Assembly: GCA_032718475.1 (NCBI GenBank)
Contig: JAUCBJ010003463.1
Coordinates: forward strand, 1 to 57,050
From: Nemertoderma westbladi
Taxonomy: Eukaryota; Animalia; Xenacoelomorpha
DNA: 57,050 nucleotides
Direction of reading: 5' to 3'
Below the pieces are notes generated by a model, which saw only the letters and a list, made by a program, of their open reading frames with translations, searched no databases and was not told the origin of the DNA. Made by a program: the position numbers and the translations under genes. Numbering within the stretch: position 1 is the stretch's first letter; the number at the start of each line of letters is the position of its first letter. This document shows, piece after piece, positions 35,386-48,441 of this stretch.

Positions 35386-36844
35386 ATTCTTTTATAATTT
35401 TATTAGGCATTTGTCTACCTTAAGAGAGTCATTTAAATCCACAAAAAGTGAAAACACTAGCTAGTATAAAGGTACAGTTAAAAATCCAAAAATGTAACCA
35501 CTGGTGGAACTGACCCCTTTTTTGTCTACTAATTTACTTCAGCAATACATGTCCTGTTGTCAATAATACTCATCAATTTTATATGGAATGTATAATTATA
35601 TAAATGAAACATATTAATTTATTTAAGCAAACGTCTTACTATTTACGAAAAGATTAAAATTAATTATGACCTATATAATAATCACTAAAAATGTGTATAT
35701 CATGTTCACAATATATTACTATTGGCAGTAATTAACAAGTAGGCCTTAACTGGTATTTTTATTTTGCCTGTAGCTACCCAGTTTCCAGTCCTGGTATAAA
35801 TAATATTCTAGAAGTCCATGATTAGTCCTACTAAGCGTTATCCTTTAAACCGCACCGATTCACCCCTCCTCACCCTTCACCCTTCCTGATCTCCCCTACT
35901 GCAGGACCACTACAGTTTATGATTAACTTATTTATTTATATCGCAATTATTTCCTCTTCTTCATGCCTTTTCCCATTACTCTGCCTGCACCTGTTCCAAT
36001 AAACAACTAGGCCCCTATAGATTGAATAATGAATAATTCTATTTATTTTTAAAGCGGCAGCTCTGTAATTTGTTTATATATCTGCCTAACTCTGCTGTTG
36101 TCCTATAGTCGACTAAATCTAGAATAAAACCCAAAAGTAATTCGCAGTCAATCCGAACAATATTTTTCGATTCTTAATAACATTGTTAATGTCCCAAAAA
36201 GTCTATAAAAATTTATTTTGCGGATCTTATATTTCGTCCCTTTCATTTTCAAACAACCTAAATGACAAAATTGACTTTTCCTGGAAAACGGCATTTCCGA
36301 TTCTAATTTTGTTTGAGAGTACTGTAATATTCCAGGATTTTTGTCTTATTTACTTTTATATCCATTAAATGTAACGATTTTAAACAAAAACAGTTATGGT
36401 ATTTGAATTATGTAACATATTAGGTAGGAAACTATGTATAGGAATATAGGTTGTTTAAAAAAAAATATTACATTTTTTATAATTATTACTCAAAAAGCAT
36501 TAAAAGCCTTAAGACAAATTCGATTATTAAGTTTTAAAAATATAAATCAAATCACCCTCTATCATAATAAACAACAATTAATTCTAGCTCCTGATTCGTT
36601 GTTTCCAATTTTATATCAACGTTTCCCGGGCTTACTCTATTTATAATAGTAATATAGGTTGTTTTAAAAAAAAATTTCTTTATAATGCGGTCTATGCAAA
36701 ACTGGCATATAGGTGGTTTTAAAACGATAAATATCTCAGTTATAAGTGGGAGCAAGCATGGCCTTTTAAGTGTGTTAATCGGATTCAGAATACATTTTAA
36801 CTTAAATACAGAATAATTTAATTAATTTCAAAATAATGCTGCTA

Positions 36845-36933
36845 TTCCAATTAGGTAGCCCTGGTTTGATCCCTAGATGGGGCAGCACTGTTTGGGCAGA
36901 ATGCTTTAAATGCTGCAGCCTATAGCCCAACCC
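36845..36933 (+). mobile_element. Fragment of the 50863 SINE family
   Basis: GATCCCTAGATGGGGCAG.ACTGTTTGGGCA.A.TGCTTTAAATGCTGCAGCCTA is shared with 50920-50975. Confidence 0.8.
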
Positions 36934-37282
36934 TTATTCGCATAATTAAAATGGGCTTACTGTATTGATTTTAGGTTTAATTGACTGATTTGCTTTTAGT
37001 TTATCAACGCCAAAATTTTTCGATATATGTATTGTACTAGCACAAGTGGTGATTTAATTGCTTGTATAATTAGACAAATTTCCGTTGCTCTAAAATCTAA
37101 ATATGATGGCCTGTAACAAACTGCTATGGAAAAATTCATGAAAATGGGAAATGATCCGAATCCGAATAATATATTTTTATAGACTTTTTGAGACAGGGGG
37201 GGGGGGGGGGGGGGGGGGCGGTAACTGGAAGCAAAACCAATCTTGGCAAATTAATATTACAGCTTTATTTTTGAGAGTAATC

Positions 37283-37686
37283 TACGGTGGCTGAATTGTG
37301 CCATTTAATACTTTTTTTTATTTTTTTTTTGAAGCGACTTTTTGGTCGACCAAAAAGTACTTTTTGGTCGACCAATAAGTCGACTTTTTTGTCGACCAAA
37401 AAGTACTTTTTGGTCGACCAATAAGTCGACTTTTTGGTCGACCAATAAGTACTTTTTGGTCGACCAATAAGTAGTTTTTGGTCGACCAATAAGTCGACTT
37501 TTTGGTCGACCAATAAGTCGACTTTTTGGTCGACCAAAAAGTACTTTTTGGTCGACCAAAAAGTCGACTTATTGGTCGACCAAAAAGTACTTATTGGTCG
37601 TCCAAAATGTACTTTTTGGTCGACCAAAAAGTCCCTTAAAAAAATAAATAAAAAAAAGTATTAAGTGGCACAATTCAGCCACCGTA
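37283..37686. mobile_element. Non-autonomous DNA transposon with TACGG...CCGTA ends and 6-bp TSD (IS3EU-like)
   Basis: TIR TACGGTGGCTGAATTGTGCCA; TSD GTAATC at 37277-37282 and 37687-37692; interior of GTCGAC-centred palindromes; empty-site paralog at ~48195-48285 on the minus strand. Confidence 0.85.
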
Positions 37687-37809
37687 GTAATCAGTTGTTA
37701 ATTGCGTCGAATTTCTCCTAGAGAGGGATGAATTTTTATTGCGTCCAGTTCCCCCCTATCTGGAGTTTTTATAGATTAATTTTGGGTTACACCCCCTTTT
37801 TCGCTAGAC

Positions 37810-40800
37810 TTGACTAGATAACGTCCAACACTATTTATGTGGTTGACTAACTAACGTCCAACACTATTTATGAGGTTGACTAGCTAACGTCCAACACTAT
37901 TTATGTGGTTGACTAGGTAACGTCCAACACTATTTATGTGGTTGACTAGTTAACGTCCAACACTATTTATGTGGTTGACTAGCTAACGTCCAACACTATT
38001 TATGTGGTTGACTAGCTAACGTCCAACACTATTTATGTGGTTGACTAGGTAACGTCCAACACTATTTATGTGGTTGACTAGTTAACGTCCAACACTATTT
38101 ATGTGGTTGACTAGGTAACGTCCAACACTATTTATGTGGTTGACTAGCTAACGTCCAAAACTATTTAAGTGGTTGACTAGCTAACGTCCAACACTATTTA
38201 TGTGGTTGACTAAGTAACGTCCAACACTATTTATGTGGTTTACTAGGTAACGTCCAACAATATTTATGTGGTTGACTAGGTAACGTCCAACACTATTTAA
38301 ATTGTTGACTAGCTAACGTCCAACACTATTTATGTGGTTGACTAGCTAACGTCCAAAACTATTTATGTGGTTGACTAGCTAACATCCAACACTACTTATG
38401 TGGTTGACTAGGTAACGTCCAACACTATTTATGTGGTTGACTAGCTAACGTCCAACACTATTTATGTGGTTGAGTAGCTAACGTCCAACACTATTTATAT
38501 GGTTGACTAGCTAACGTCCAAAACTATTTATGTGGTTGACTAGCTAACGTCCAACACTATTTATGTGGTGGACTAGCTAACGTCCAACACTATTTATGTG
38601 GTTGACTAGGTAACGTCCAACACTATTTATGTGGTTGACTAGCTAACGTCCAACACTATTTATGTGGTTGACTAACTAACGTCCAACACTATTTATGAGG
38701 TTGACTAGCTAACGTCCAACACTATTTATGTGGTTGACTAGGTAACGTCCAACACTATTTATGTGGTTGACTAGTTAACGTCCAACACTATTTATGTGGT
38801 TGACTAGCTAACGTCCAACACTATTTATGTGGTTGACTAGGTAACGTCCAACACTATTTATGTGGTTGACTAGTTAACGTCCAACACTATTTATGTGGTT
38901 GACTAGGTAACGTCCAACACTATTTATGTGGTTGACTAGCTAACGTCCAAAACTATTTAAGTGGTTGACTAGCTAACGTCCAACACTATTTATGTGGTTG
39001 ACTAAGTAACGTCCAACACTATTTATGTGGTTTACTAGGTAACGTCCAACACTATTTATGTGGTTGACTAGGTAACGTCCAACACTATTTAAATTGTTGA
39101 CTAGCTAACGTCCAACACTATTTATGTGGTTGACTAGCTAACATCCAACACTATTTATGTGGTTGACTAGCTAACATCCAACACTATTTATGTGGTTGAC
39201 TAGCTAACATCCAACACTATTTATGTGGTTGACTAGCTACTGTAACGTCCAATACTATTTATGTGTTGACTAGCTAACGTCCAACACTATTTATGTGGTT
39301 GACTAGCTAACGTCCAAGACTATTTATGTGGTTGACTAGCTAACGTCCAACACTATTTATGTGGTTGACTAGCAAACGTCCAACACTATTTATGTGGTTG
39401 ACTAGCTAACGTCCAAGACTATTTATGTGGTTGACTAGCTAACGTCCAACACTATTTATGTGGTTGACTAGCTAACGTCCAAGACTATTTATGTGGTTGA
39501 CTAGCAAACGTCCAACACTATTTATGTGGTTGACTAGCTAACGTCCAAGACTATTTATGTGGTTGACTAGCAAACATCCAACACTAATTATGTGGTTGAC
39601 TAACTAACATCCAACACTATTTATGTGGTTGACTAGCTAACATCCAACACTATTTATGTGGTTGACTAGCTAACATCCAACACTATTTATGTGGTTGACT
39701 AGCTAACATCCAACACTATTTATGTGGTTGACTAGCTAACATCCAACACTATTTATGTGGTTGACTAGCTAACATCCAACACTATTTATGTGGTTGACTA
39801 GCTAACATCCAACACTATTTATGTGGTTGACTAGCTACTGTAACGTCCAATACTATTTATGTGTTGACTAGCTAACGTCCAACACTATTTATGTGGTTGA
39901 CTAGCTAACGTCCAACACTATTTATGTGGTTGACTAGCTAACATCCAACACTATTTATGTGGTTGACTAGGTAACATCCAACACTATTTATGTGGTTGAC
40001 TAGCTAACGTCCAACACTATTTATGTGGTTGACTAGCTAACGTCCAACACTATTTATGTGGTTGACTAGCTACTGTAACGTCCAATACTATTTATGTGTT
40101 GACTAGCTAACGTCCAACACTATTTATGTGGTTGACTAGCTAACGTCCAACACTATTTATGTGGTTGACTAGCTAACATCCAACACTATTTATGTGGTTG
40201 ACTAGCTAACATCCAACACTATTTATGTGGTTGACTAGCTAACGTCCAACACTATTTATGTGGTTGACTAGCTAACGTCCAAGACTATTTATGTGGTTGA
40301 CTAGCTAACGTCCAAGACTATTTATGTGGTTGACTAGCTAACGTCCAACACTATTTATGTGGTTGACTAGCTAACATCCAACACTATTTATGTGGTTGAC
40401 TAGCTAACGTCCAACACTATTTATGTGGTTGACTAGCTAACATCCAACACTATTTATGTGGTTGACTAGCTAACATCCAACACTATTTATGTGGTTGACT
40501 AGCTACTGTAACGTCCAATACTATTTATGTGTTGACTAGCTAACGTCCAACACTATTTATGTGGTTGACTAGCTAACGTCCAACACTATTTATGTGGTTG
40601 ACTAGCTAACATCCAACACTATTTATGTGGTTGACTAGGTAACATCCAACACTATTTATGTGGTTGACTAGCTAACGTCCAACACTATTTATGTGGTTGA
40701 CTAGCTAACGTCCAACACTATTTATGTGGTTGACTAGCTACTGTAACGTCCAATACTATTTATGTGTTGACTAGCTAACGTCCAACACTATTTATGTGGT

Positions 40801-41464
40801 TGACTAGCTAACGTCCAACACTATTTATGTGGTTGACTAGCTAACATCCAACACTATTTATGTGGTTGACTAGCTAACATCCAACACTATTTATGTGGTT
40901 GACTAGCTAACGTCCAACACTATTTATGTGGTTGACTAGCTAACGTCCAAGACTATTTATGTGGTTGACTAGCTAACGTCCAAGACTATTTATGTGGTTG
41001 ACTAGCTAACGTCCAACACTATTTATGTGGTTGACTAGCTAACATCCAACACTATTTATGTGGTTGACTAGCTAACGTCCAACACTATTTATGTGGTTGA
41101 CTAGCTAACGTCCAACACTATTTATGTGGTTGACTAGCTAACGTCCAACACTATTTATGTGGTTGACTAGCTAACGTCCAACACTATTTATGTGGTTGAC
41201 TAGCTAACGTCCAACACTATTTATGTGGTTGACTAGCTAACGTCCAACACTATTTATGTGGTTGACTAGCAAACGTCCAACACTATTTATGTGGTTGACT
41301 AGCAAACGTCCAACACTATTTATGTGGTTGACTAGCTAACATCCAACACTATTTATGTGGTTGACTAGCTAACGTCCAACACTATTTATGTGGTTGACTA
41401 ACTGACGTCCAACACTATTTATGTGGTTGACTAACTGACGTCCAACACTATTTATGTGGTTGAC
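37810..41464. repeat. 33-bp satellite, ~110 copies (TCCAACACTATTTATGTGGTTGACTAGCTAACG)
   Basis: Directly visible; recurrent variant units mark higher-order duplications. Confidence 0.98.
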
Positions 41465-41592
41465 CTTTTGTTTTTATTTTAAAGTTTGAGGCCCCAATTC
41501 GTTTTATCATTCGCTCTAACAGCCTTTTTCCTACCATTGTCGTTCGTTAATTCATCTACACCGATTGGTAGATTTGGCACATAACTCTGCTC

Positions 41593-42859
41593 ATCCACGA
41601 AGCTAAGGAAAATCAACTACTTTCGCTAAGAAAGATTTTCCTTAGCTGAGATGGTCTATTCATAGTGGGCTATTTTACTTGTATGGAGCAGATTTGGGGT
41701 TTTTTGATAGGTGAAAAAACTAGCCTTTAAAAGTACCCTGAAATTTTGCATGTATATACTTCTCGATGAGGCGCATCTTTTGGGCCGGGTCTCATATCCA
41801 GGAAAAATCTGGTTTCCATGGCAACGGACTTCAAAAAAAGTCTGTGTATTTCAAGTCAATATTTATAACTCTATTTGTAGGAAAACTATAATAGATATAA
41901 ACTTGGGGTTTCGCAACTCAACTATAAGGTCCATAGCAGATCCGATTGAGGCTAAATAGAAAATCCAGTTACCTTAGCAACCGGGATAAACAGATGTTAA
42001 AATTTATAAAATGTTAATTTGAGGCCTAAGGGCAAGGTGTTATGACTTGGGACCAATCCCTACCCCCACTATATAACTTATTCTGCATCCGAATTACATT
42101 GTTCTATTTTTCAGTTACCATGACAACCGCTGAAAACAGATGTTTTTATTCAAAACTTATTCATTTGGACATAGACTTCATGATAAAATTTTACAAAACT
42201 GTGTATGTGTTATCTGGACCACTAGTTGGAACTTTTAGTGAAACTTAAATTATTCCAGAAATTTAGTTACCATGGTAACTGTAGTTTATTAAACTCTATA
42301 TCATTCAAATCTATATTGATAACTCTATTTGTAGCAAAACTGTAATATATATAAACTTGAGGTTTTGCAACTCATCTATAAGATCCATATCCAAGCCGTT
42401 TGAGGTTAATTAGAAAATACAGTTACCATAGCAACAAGTCTAAACAGATGTTAAAATTTATAACATGATAATTTGAAGCACAAGTTAATAGTATTATGAC
42501 TTGGGACTAACCCCTACCCCCACTATATGACTTATTCTGCATCCGAATTACATTGTTCTATTTTTTAGTTTCCATGACAACCACTGCAAACAGATGCATT
42601 TTGATAGAAAATCGGTAATTTGGACATAAACTACAATATTTTCTGGAACTCAGTATGTGTTATCTGAACCACAATCTGTACTGAATTTTTTTTCAAAGGT
42701 TAAAGCAACAGTTCCAGAGAACTCTAGTTTCCATGGGAATATAAGTTAATTATTGACAATTGCTACTAAACGAGGCTAAGCAACGAACCAAAGTGTGGCC
42801 GTTTGTTTAATTTTCCTTAGCTTCGTGGTTGCATTTCCTTTAGGAAATGCCTTTCTCGT
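41593..42859 (+). mobile_element. Helentron/HINE-like non-autonomous rolling-circle element, copy 1
   Basis: Subterminal inverted repeat CCACGAAGCTAAGGAAAAT...ATTTTCCTTAGCTTCGTGG, then 3' hairpin GCATTTCCT-TT-AGGAAATGC and CTCGT end; internal ~480-bp duplication. Confidence 0.8.
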
Positions 42860-42861
42860 AA

Positions 42862-44131
42862 TTATCCACGAAGCTAAGGAAAATCAACTACTTTCGCTAA
42901 GAAAGATTTTCCTTAGCTGAGATGGTCTATTCATAGTGGGCTATTTTACTTGTGTGAGGCAGATTTGGTTTTTTTTGGTCGGGGAAAAAACTAGCCTTTA
43001 AAAGTACCCTGAAATTTTGCATGTATATACAACTCATCAAGGCGCGTCGTGTGGGATGGGTCTCATCTCCAGGAAAAATCTGGTTTCCATGGCAACGGAC
43101 TTAGAAAAAAGTCTATGTATTTCAAGTCAATATTTGTAACTCTATTTGTAGGAAAACTATAATACATATAAACTTGGGGTTTCTCAACACAACTATAAGG
43201 TCCATAGCAGAGCCGATTGAGGTTAAATAGAAAATCCAGTTACCTTGGCAACCGGGCTAAACAGATGTTAAAATTTTTAAAATGTTAATTTGAAGCCTAA
43301 GGTTAAGGTGTGATGACTTGGGACCAATCCCTACCCCCACTATATAACTTATTCTGCGTCCGAATTTGATTGTTCTATTTTGCAGTTACCTTGACAACCG
43401 CTGAAAACAGATGTTTTTATACGAAAATTATTCATTTGTACATAGACTTCACGATAAAATTTTACGAAACTAGGTATGTGTTATCTGGACCACTAGTTGG
43501 AACTTTTAGTGAAACTCAAAACATTCCAGAAATATCTAGTTACAATGGTAACTGTAGTTTTTTTAAAGTTATATATCATTCAAGTCTATAATCATAACTC
43601 TATTTGGAGAAAAACTGTAATATATATAAACTTGGGGTTTTGCAACTCATCTATAAGGTCCATATACAAGCCGTTCGAAGTTAATTAGAAAATCCATTTA
43701 CCATAGCAACAAGAGTAAACAGATGTTAAAATTAATAAAATGATAATTTGAAGCACAATTTAATAGTATTATGACTTGGGACCAACACCTACCCCCACTA
43801 TATGACTTATTCTGCATCCGAATTACATTGTTCTATTTTTCAGTTTCCATGACAACCACTGCAAACAGATGCATTTTGATAGAAAATCTGTAATTTGGAC
43901 ATAAACTACAATATTTTCTGAAACTCGATGTGTTATCTGAAAAACAATCTGGACTGAATCTTTTTTCAAAGGTAAAACCAACAGTTCCAGAGAACTCTAG
44001 TTTCCATGGGAATAGAAGTTATTTATTGGCAAATGCTACTAAACTAGGCTAAGCAACGAACCAAATTGTGGCCGTTTGTTTAATTTTCCTTAGCTTCGTG
44101 GTTGCATTTCCTTTAGGAAATGCCTTTCTAG
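42862..44131 (+). mobile_element. Helentron/HINE-like element, copy 2, head-to-tail with copy 1
   Basis: Same subterminal inverted repeats and hairpin; ends CTAG|TT; colinear with copy 1 but with scattered substitutions. Confidence 0.8.
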
Positions 44132-44151
44132 TTATATTTTTAACAACAATA

Positions 44152-44357
44152 ATGGTTTCTCTGTGTCTCAAAGTAACAGTAGCGGTGTCGCTATTAATAC
44201 ACCAGGTCTATTGTGGCCAATGGCATTCTAGCTGCCATCGGGCCCTTACATTCGGTAATGGACCCAATGGGTTCCAAAAAAACCACCAATTAATTGGACA
44301 TGTCATTCGCAACGTACCCGAGATCTCCAGAATTAGATGTTCTGCGTTGTGTACCAG
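44152..44357 (+). CDS. Secreted PAN/apple + TSP1 protein, exon 1 (signal peptide and start of PAN domain)
   Basis: MVSLCLKVTVAVSLLIHQVYC...NHQLIGHVIRNVPEISRIRCSALCT; donor AG|gtaaat (phase 2). Confidence 0.75.
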
Positions 44358-45166
44358 GTAAATAAATTCCCTGTGTTCATTCCAAAATTCCTTAACTCAG
44401 TTCGACGATTTTCTGATGTTTTTAACTTTTTGGTAATTACAGTAGATATTCAGAATAAGTTTCAGTTTCAATAAAGATTTAACTTTTTTTTATAAACTGT
44501 CAACTAACTATAGTAACTATTCTAGAGAGAACTTATTCTAGCAGAACGTTCTGCTGTGAAGGCCCTAGTGGCCCATTTTTTGGGCTTAAAATGTCCTGGT
44601 CCTACATGTTTGGTGTAAGTAGTGGGGTGTAAATTCTTTGATTATATATAATAGGCCCCAAAGTCACTTTTACTTATTACTTTTTGCAATGTGGCTGACA
44701 TTGATGTTTTCACCTTTAATGTTATATTTTTGTTTGTTTGTTTCCTATTAATTCAACTGTTTATATATTCCTATGCAATATTTACTTGTCCGTTTGATTT
44801 CTATTAATTAATCTTTGCCTCTATAATTCTACCTGTTTTGTGCAATGATGGACAGTAATTTTTAAAATTAACCCTTATAACACATCATTCTGGTCAATGA
44901 ATGGTACCGGTACCTTATGTTGTATTTATTTTATTTATATTGTTGTTAATATTGTAATGTTTTCTACCCTGAACAAGTATCATTGATTTATTTTATTTTT
45001 ATTAACATTTTTAATTAATGTTTATAGCTTGTGTGGTACCTCTCAGCGCGGTTGATGTCCTAATTTATTAACTTAATTCTGTCTATTACAAGATTATATA
45101 AGGAATCTACTGTATCTCTCTAAATTCATTATAAAGTTGCTTTAAGGAAATAATTTGTTTTTGCAG

Positions 45167-45329
45167 AACTCCACAATGTAAGTCAATAAACTATCGAGTG
45201 GATACGAATATAAGGGATGTGGCCTGTCAGCTGAACGACCGATATGCAGAAGATGTTATCGATGACGTCATTCAATCTGATGTATATGATTACATGGCAA
45301 TTAGTGACGACAACAACGACTCAAGTTTG
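45167..45329 (+). CDS. PAN/TSP1 gene exon 2 (PAN core)
   Basis: ttgcag|A then TPQCKSINYRVDTNIRDVACQLND...YDYM; donor TTG|gtaaac (phase 0). Confidence 0.78.
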
Positions 45330-45528
45330 GTAAACAGAGCGAACCCGAATATATCTCCTCCTGTGAGTGCTGATATAAACATTTTTTATATAGACTAAAG
45401 TTATCTCTATTTAATATTATAGATTATGTCATATTAGTATTCATATAGTTTATAATAGATGACTAATTTGATATTACATCTTTTTCCTGTTTTTTTTTCC
45501 GAGCACCATTTCATACTTCCACTTACAG

Positions 45529-45598
45529 TGCGAATGTCAGAACATGACAATGACAGAACATTTAATCGAAGATCGATGTGAACTGGAATTCAAAAAAC
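45529..45598 (+). CDS. PAN/TSP1 gene exon 3 (short Cys-containing linker)
   Basis: ttacag|TGC, CECQNMTMTEHLIEDRCELEFKK, donor C|gtaagt (phase 1). Confidence 0.65.
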
Positions 45599-45680
45599 GT
45601 AAGTTGGGGACAGGTAAACTGTATATTATTAAGATGCCACCTATATCGGTTAATTGGAGATTCACATTCGATAACCAATT

Positions 45681-46245
45681 AAAGTAATAAAGTAAAGTAA
45701 AGTACATTTTCTTTGGCCGCTAGGCCCGGGATTACGCACAAAGTCTCACGACTTATTTTCAGTGCGGTCCCCCCAAAACTTTACACCCCACAGGCAACTC
45801 AAGTACTCATTTAGCTACCACTTAAGGATGCAAGGCAGAGAGATGCAGGAAACTCCAGTACTCATTTAGCTACCACTTTAAGGATGCAAGGCAGAGATGC
45901 GCCCCATCTGGTCCCTTTAAAGCATTCGTGCCGAAACGAAAACTGCCCTTGTCCGTCCATGTGAGGAGCGAACCCACGACCTACGGGGGCTCTATCCTGT
46001 TTGGGGGCCTCCAGTCTATTCAGAGTTCCGGTAGGTCTATGAATGTTGATTTTCAATTAATTTTGGTTTTAAATTTGGTTTTCTATTCTACAACAGTCCT
46101 CACTCACGTTTATTGTTTTGGTTCCTTTCAACTCGCCTCTGTAACCTGCTCCTTTACTAACCTGCCTGGTTTGGGAGACCCCCAAACAGGATAATCCCCC
46201 TACGGGAGATGTGAATTCAATGCAACCACTACACCAAGGTGGAAC
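45681..46245 (-). mobile_element. tRNA-derived SINE with (TTTAC)n tail, interrupted by a MITE
   Basis: A-box TGGTGTAGTGG and B-box-like GGTTCGCTCC are separated by an insertion; internal ~50-bp duplication; simple-repeat tail at 45681-45704. Confidence 0.8.
45985..46200. mobile_element. 216-bp MITE with GGGGG...CCCCC termini and 3-bp TSD TAC (PIF/Harbinger-like)
   Basis: TATCCTGTTTGGGGG / CCCCCAAACAGGATA inverted repeat; TAC on both sides; removing it restores colinearity with the SINE head at 2832. Confidence 0.8.
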
Positions 46246-47339
46246 CTAATTATTCAATATAACTTCTCAAAATAACAGCAATTCGTAGTATTTTAATGTA
46301 AATCATAGTTTTTAAATGCAGATACAACCAACAAATAAACACCATTTATGTTAACGATATGGTGCATTTTCCAACGGGAAACAAATATAATCCTTTGTTT
46401 TTTCCTAAATTGTCTGTAATACAATCGTGAAAAACTATAGATGTATCAAAAACGAACACATCAAAGTATAGATCTGCGGATATTAAATATATGGGCGACT
46501 ATTTAATGATGATTTATCACCTATTTTCATAAAATTAATACTAAAATATTCGTGTTCGATATCAGCAATCAGCTCAAACGAATTCTAAACTTTATATACA
46601 GATTGGGAAGGCGTCAAGTCAAATGTTCCTTTTCAAGCGTTTCGTCCCGTCTCAACAAATCAAGATTTATGATTGGAGACACTTATTACGAATAGCAAAG
46701 TGTCAAGAATTTAGAGGAGCAGTGCACTATAACTAGCAACCAAGGATGACTGTCGTACTGAATGGAGATTGATTTCTGGTGGAAGATGATAAAGGCTAGA
46801 TGATGACAAAGTAAAAACAATAAGAACAACAATGGAGACATCCTGTTCTATTGGGCCGATGAGCAGAATATGGGCTACCTCTAGTGATTGTAAGAGTACA
46901 CACCCAAGTAGTAACGTCTATATCAGTTAGGGGCTTGGCTTGATTTCTTTGAGTACTGGTGCCATTAAGTGGTGTTACCATCTTCACCCCACCTACTTTA
47001 TTATAATCTAGGGGTGTGCTTAGAACCCATAGTTTAACACTATTATAAATTAGAACGGTGAAAGTATGTCACCCTGGGGAACTCCCCATAGAACATCTTC
47101 CTCCTGGGGAACTCCTCGTCTCGTTGTTTCGTCATAGTGATCTGATTTCTGAATAATAATTTCCTCAGGAATCCCACATAATACAACTATAATTTATTTA
47201 TTTATCTACAACAGCCAGATGTCTGTCTTTCTTATTTGGCAACTCTTAAATTATCCTTCTTGGAGCAACCAATCACCTTTACATATTAACATTTTCGTTA
47301 CCGAGTAGCAGCCTCTCTCTTAACACGATTCATGAGCAT

Positions 47340-48047
47340 AAGTTCAAAGTAAGTTCAAAAGGATGGTATGCTTGAGCATGTGGACGACTTCTGTTACCTG
47401 GGATCATGGATCCGGAAGTCAGGTGAGGACCTTTGAATACGTAAGGGAAAGGCACGGGTAGCATTGAATGGGCTTTCCAGGATTTGCAAGTCACACAGAA
47501 TTCATCCGAAACTTAAGATCCATGCTGGGCTCTAACTGCTGCGGACACCAAATCTCTGTATGGCACATTCACAAGAATGCTACGCCGCGCCGGGTTCATT
47601 GTGTCAAGTACAATGCACACATCTCCAACCAGACACTATATAACATTGGAGGTGTCCCATTGGTTCCCCCAGGCTTGTTGACACTAGAACAAAGCCGCCT
47701 CCGCTTTGCAGGACATTGCTTTCGCCGTGAGGATCAGCCAGTGCATAATCTTGTGCGTTGGCGGCCTCATGGAGTGAATAAGCTTGGTGGACAGCCCATG
47801 ACTTTCGTGAGACGCTTCCTAAAGGTCACTGGCCTTGAAGATGCGGCTGATCTCGCAAATGTCATGAGGGGATAGGAAGTTGTGGCGGTGCAACGTTGTT
47901 GATAAGCCGGCATATAGCATTCTTAATGCACGCTCCATTGGGCTTGCCAATTGTGGATTGCATAGTGGTGACAAAATGTTTTTGTTAAGCCGACATAGCA
48001 TCTCAATGTGCAGTTTCAATGGAGCAGGCTGATGATATTAGTAGTAG
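47340..48047 (+). mobile_element. Decayed 3' end of an RTE-like LINE
   Basis: LEHVDDFCYLGSWI at ~47371, SRLRFAGHCFRREDQPVHNLVRWRP, (TAG)n tail. Related fragments at 9715-9915 and 51575-51780. Confidence 0.82.
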
Positions 48048-48170
48048 ATTATGCTTTGCCTTTACTATTCGGGTATATAGCCCTAGATAGACTTCCTTTA
48101 TGCTGTATGGAGGTGATGGCAGGTTTTCTGGATCAATGACCCAGAAGACATGACCTGACACGACTTGTCA

Positions 48171-48441
48171 GATAGAGGGGGGGGGGGGGGGGGGGGGGTA
48201 ACTCGACGCAATAAAAATGCATCCCTCTCCAGGGGAAATTTGACGCAAAAATCAGGTGATTACTCTCAAAAATAAAACTGTAACCTGTTCTATTGTGTTT
48301 AGTTAATTGTTTTGGTTAAAATAACGTGCCACTGTAACCTGCTCCTTTCCCTAAATTGAGAATTTAACATTGAGGCGGGGTATTAATTCACCAAGATGGG
48401 ATTTGCGTCCAGTTCCCCCCCCCCACCCCCCCCCCCCTGTC
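48171..48441. mobile_element. Small TIR element with poly-G/poly-C ends; inverted paralog at ~37192-37760 hosts the IS3EU-like insertion
   Basis: GAYAG-G(n)-AACT(C/G)GACGCAA ... TTGCGTCCAGTT-C(n)-TGTC; interior shared with 37258-37282 plus 37693-37755. Confidence 0.7.

Larger units (their letters stand above)
33330..36800. repeat. Diverged long inverted repeats (33330-34270 versus 35780-36800) flanking a transposase relic
   Basis: 33361-33510 is the near reverse complement of 36465-36610; 33717-33757 of 35780-35818; 34030-34160 of 36650-36792. Confidence 0.75.

Noticed and set aside
46602-46672. Possible extra exon of the PAN/TSP1 gene after tatacag
   Set aside because: The phase-compatible frame stops after ~23 codons with no recognisable motif; exons 3 and 4 join without it.
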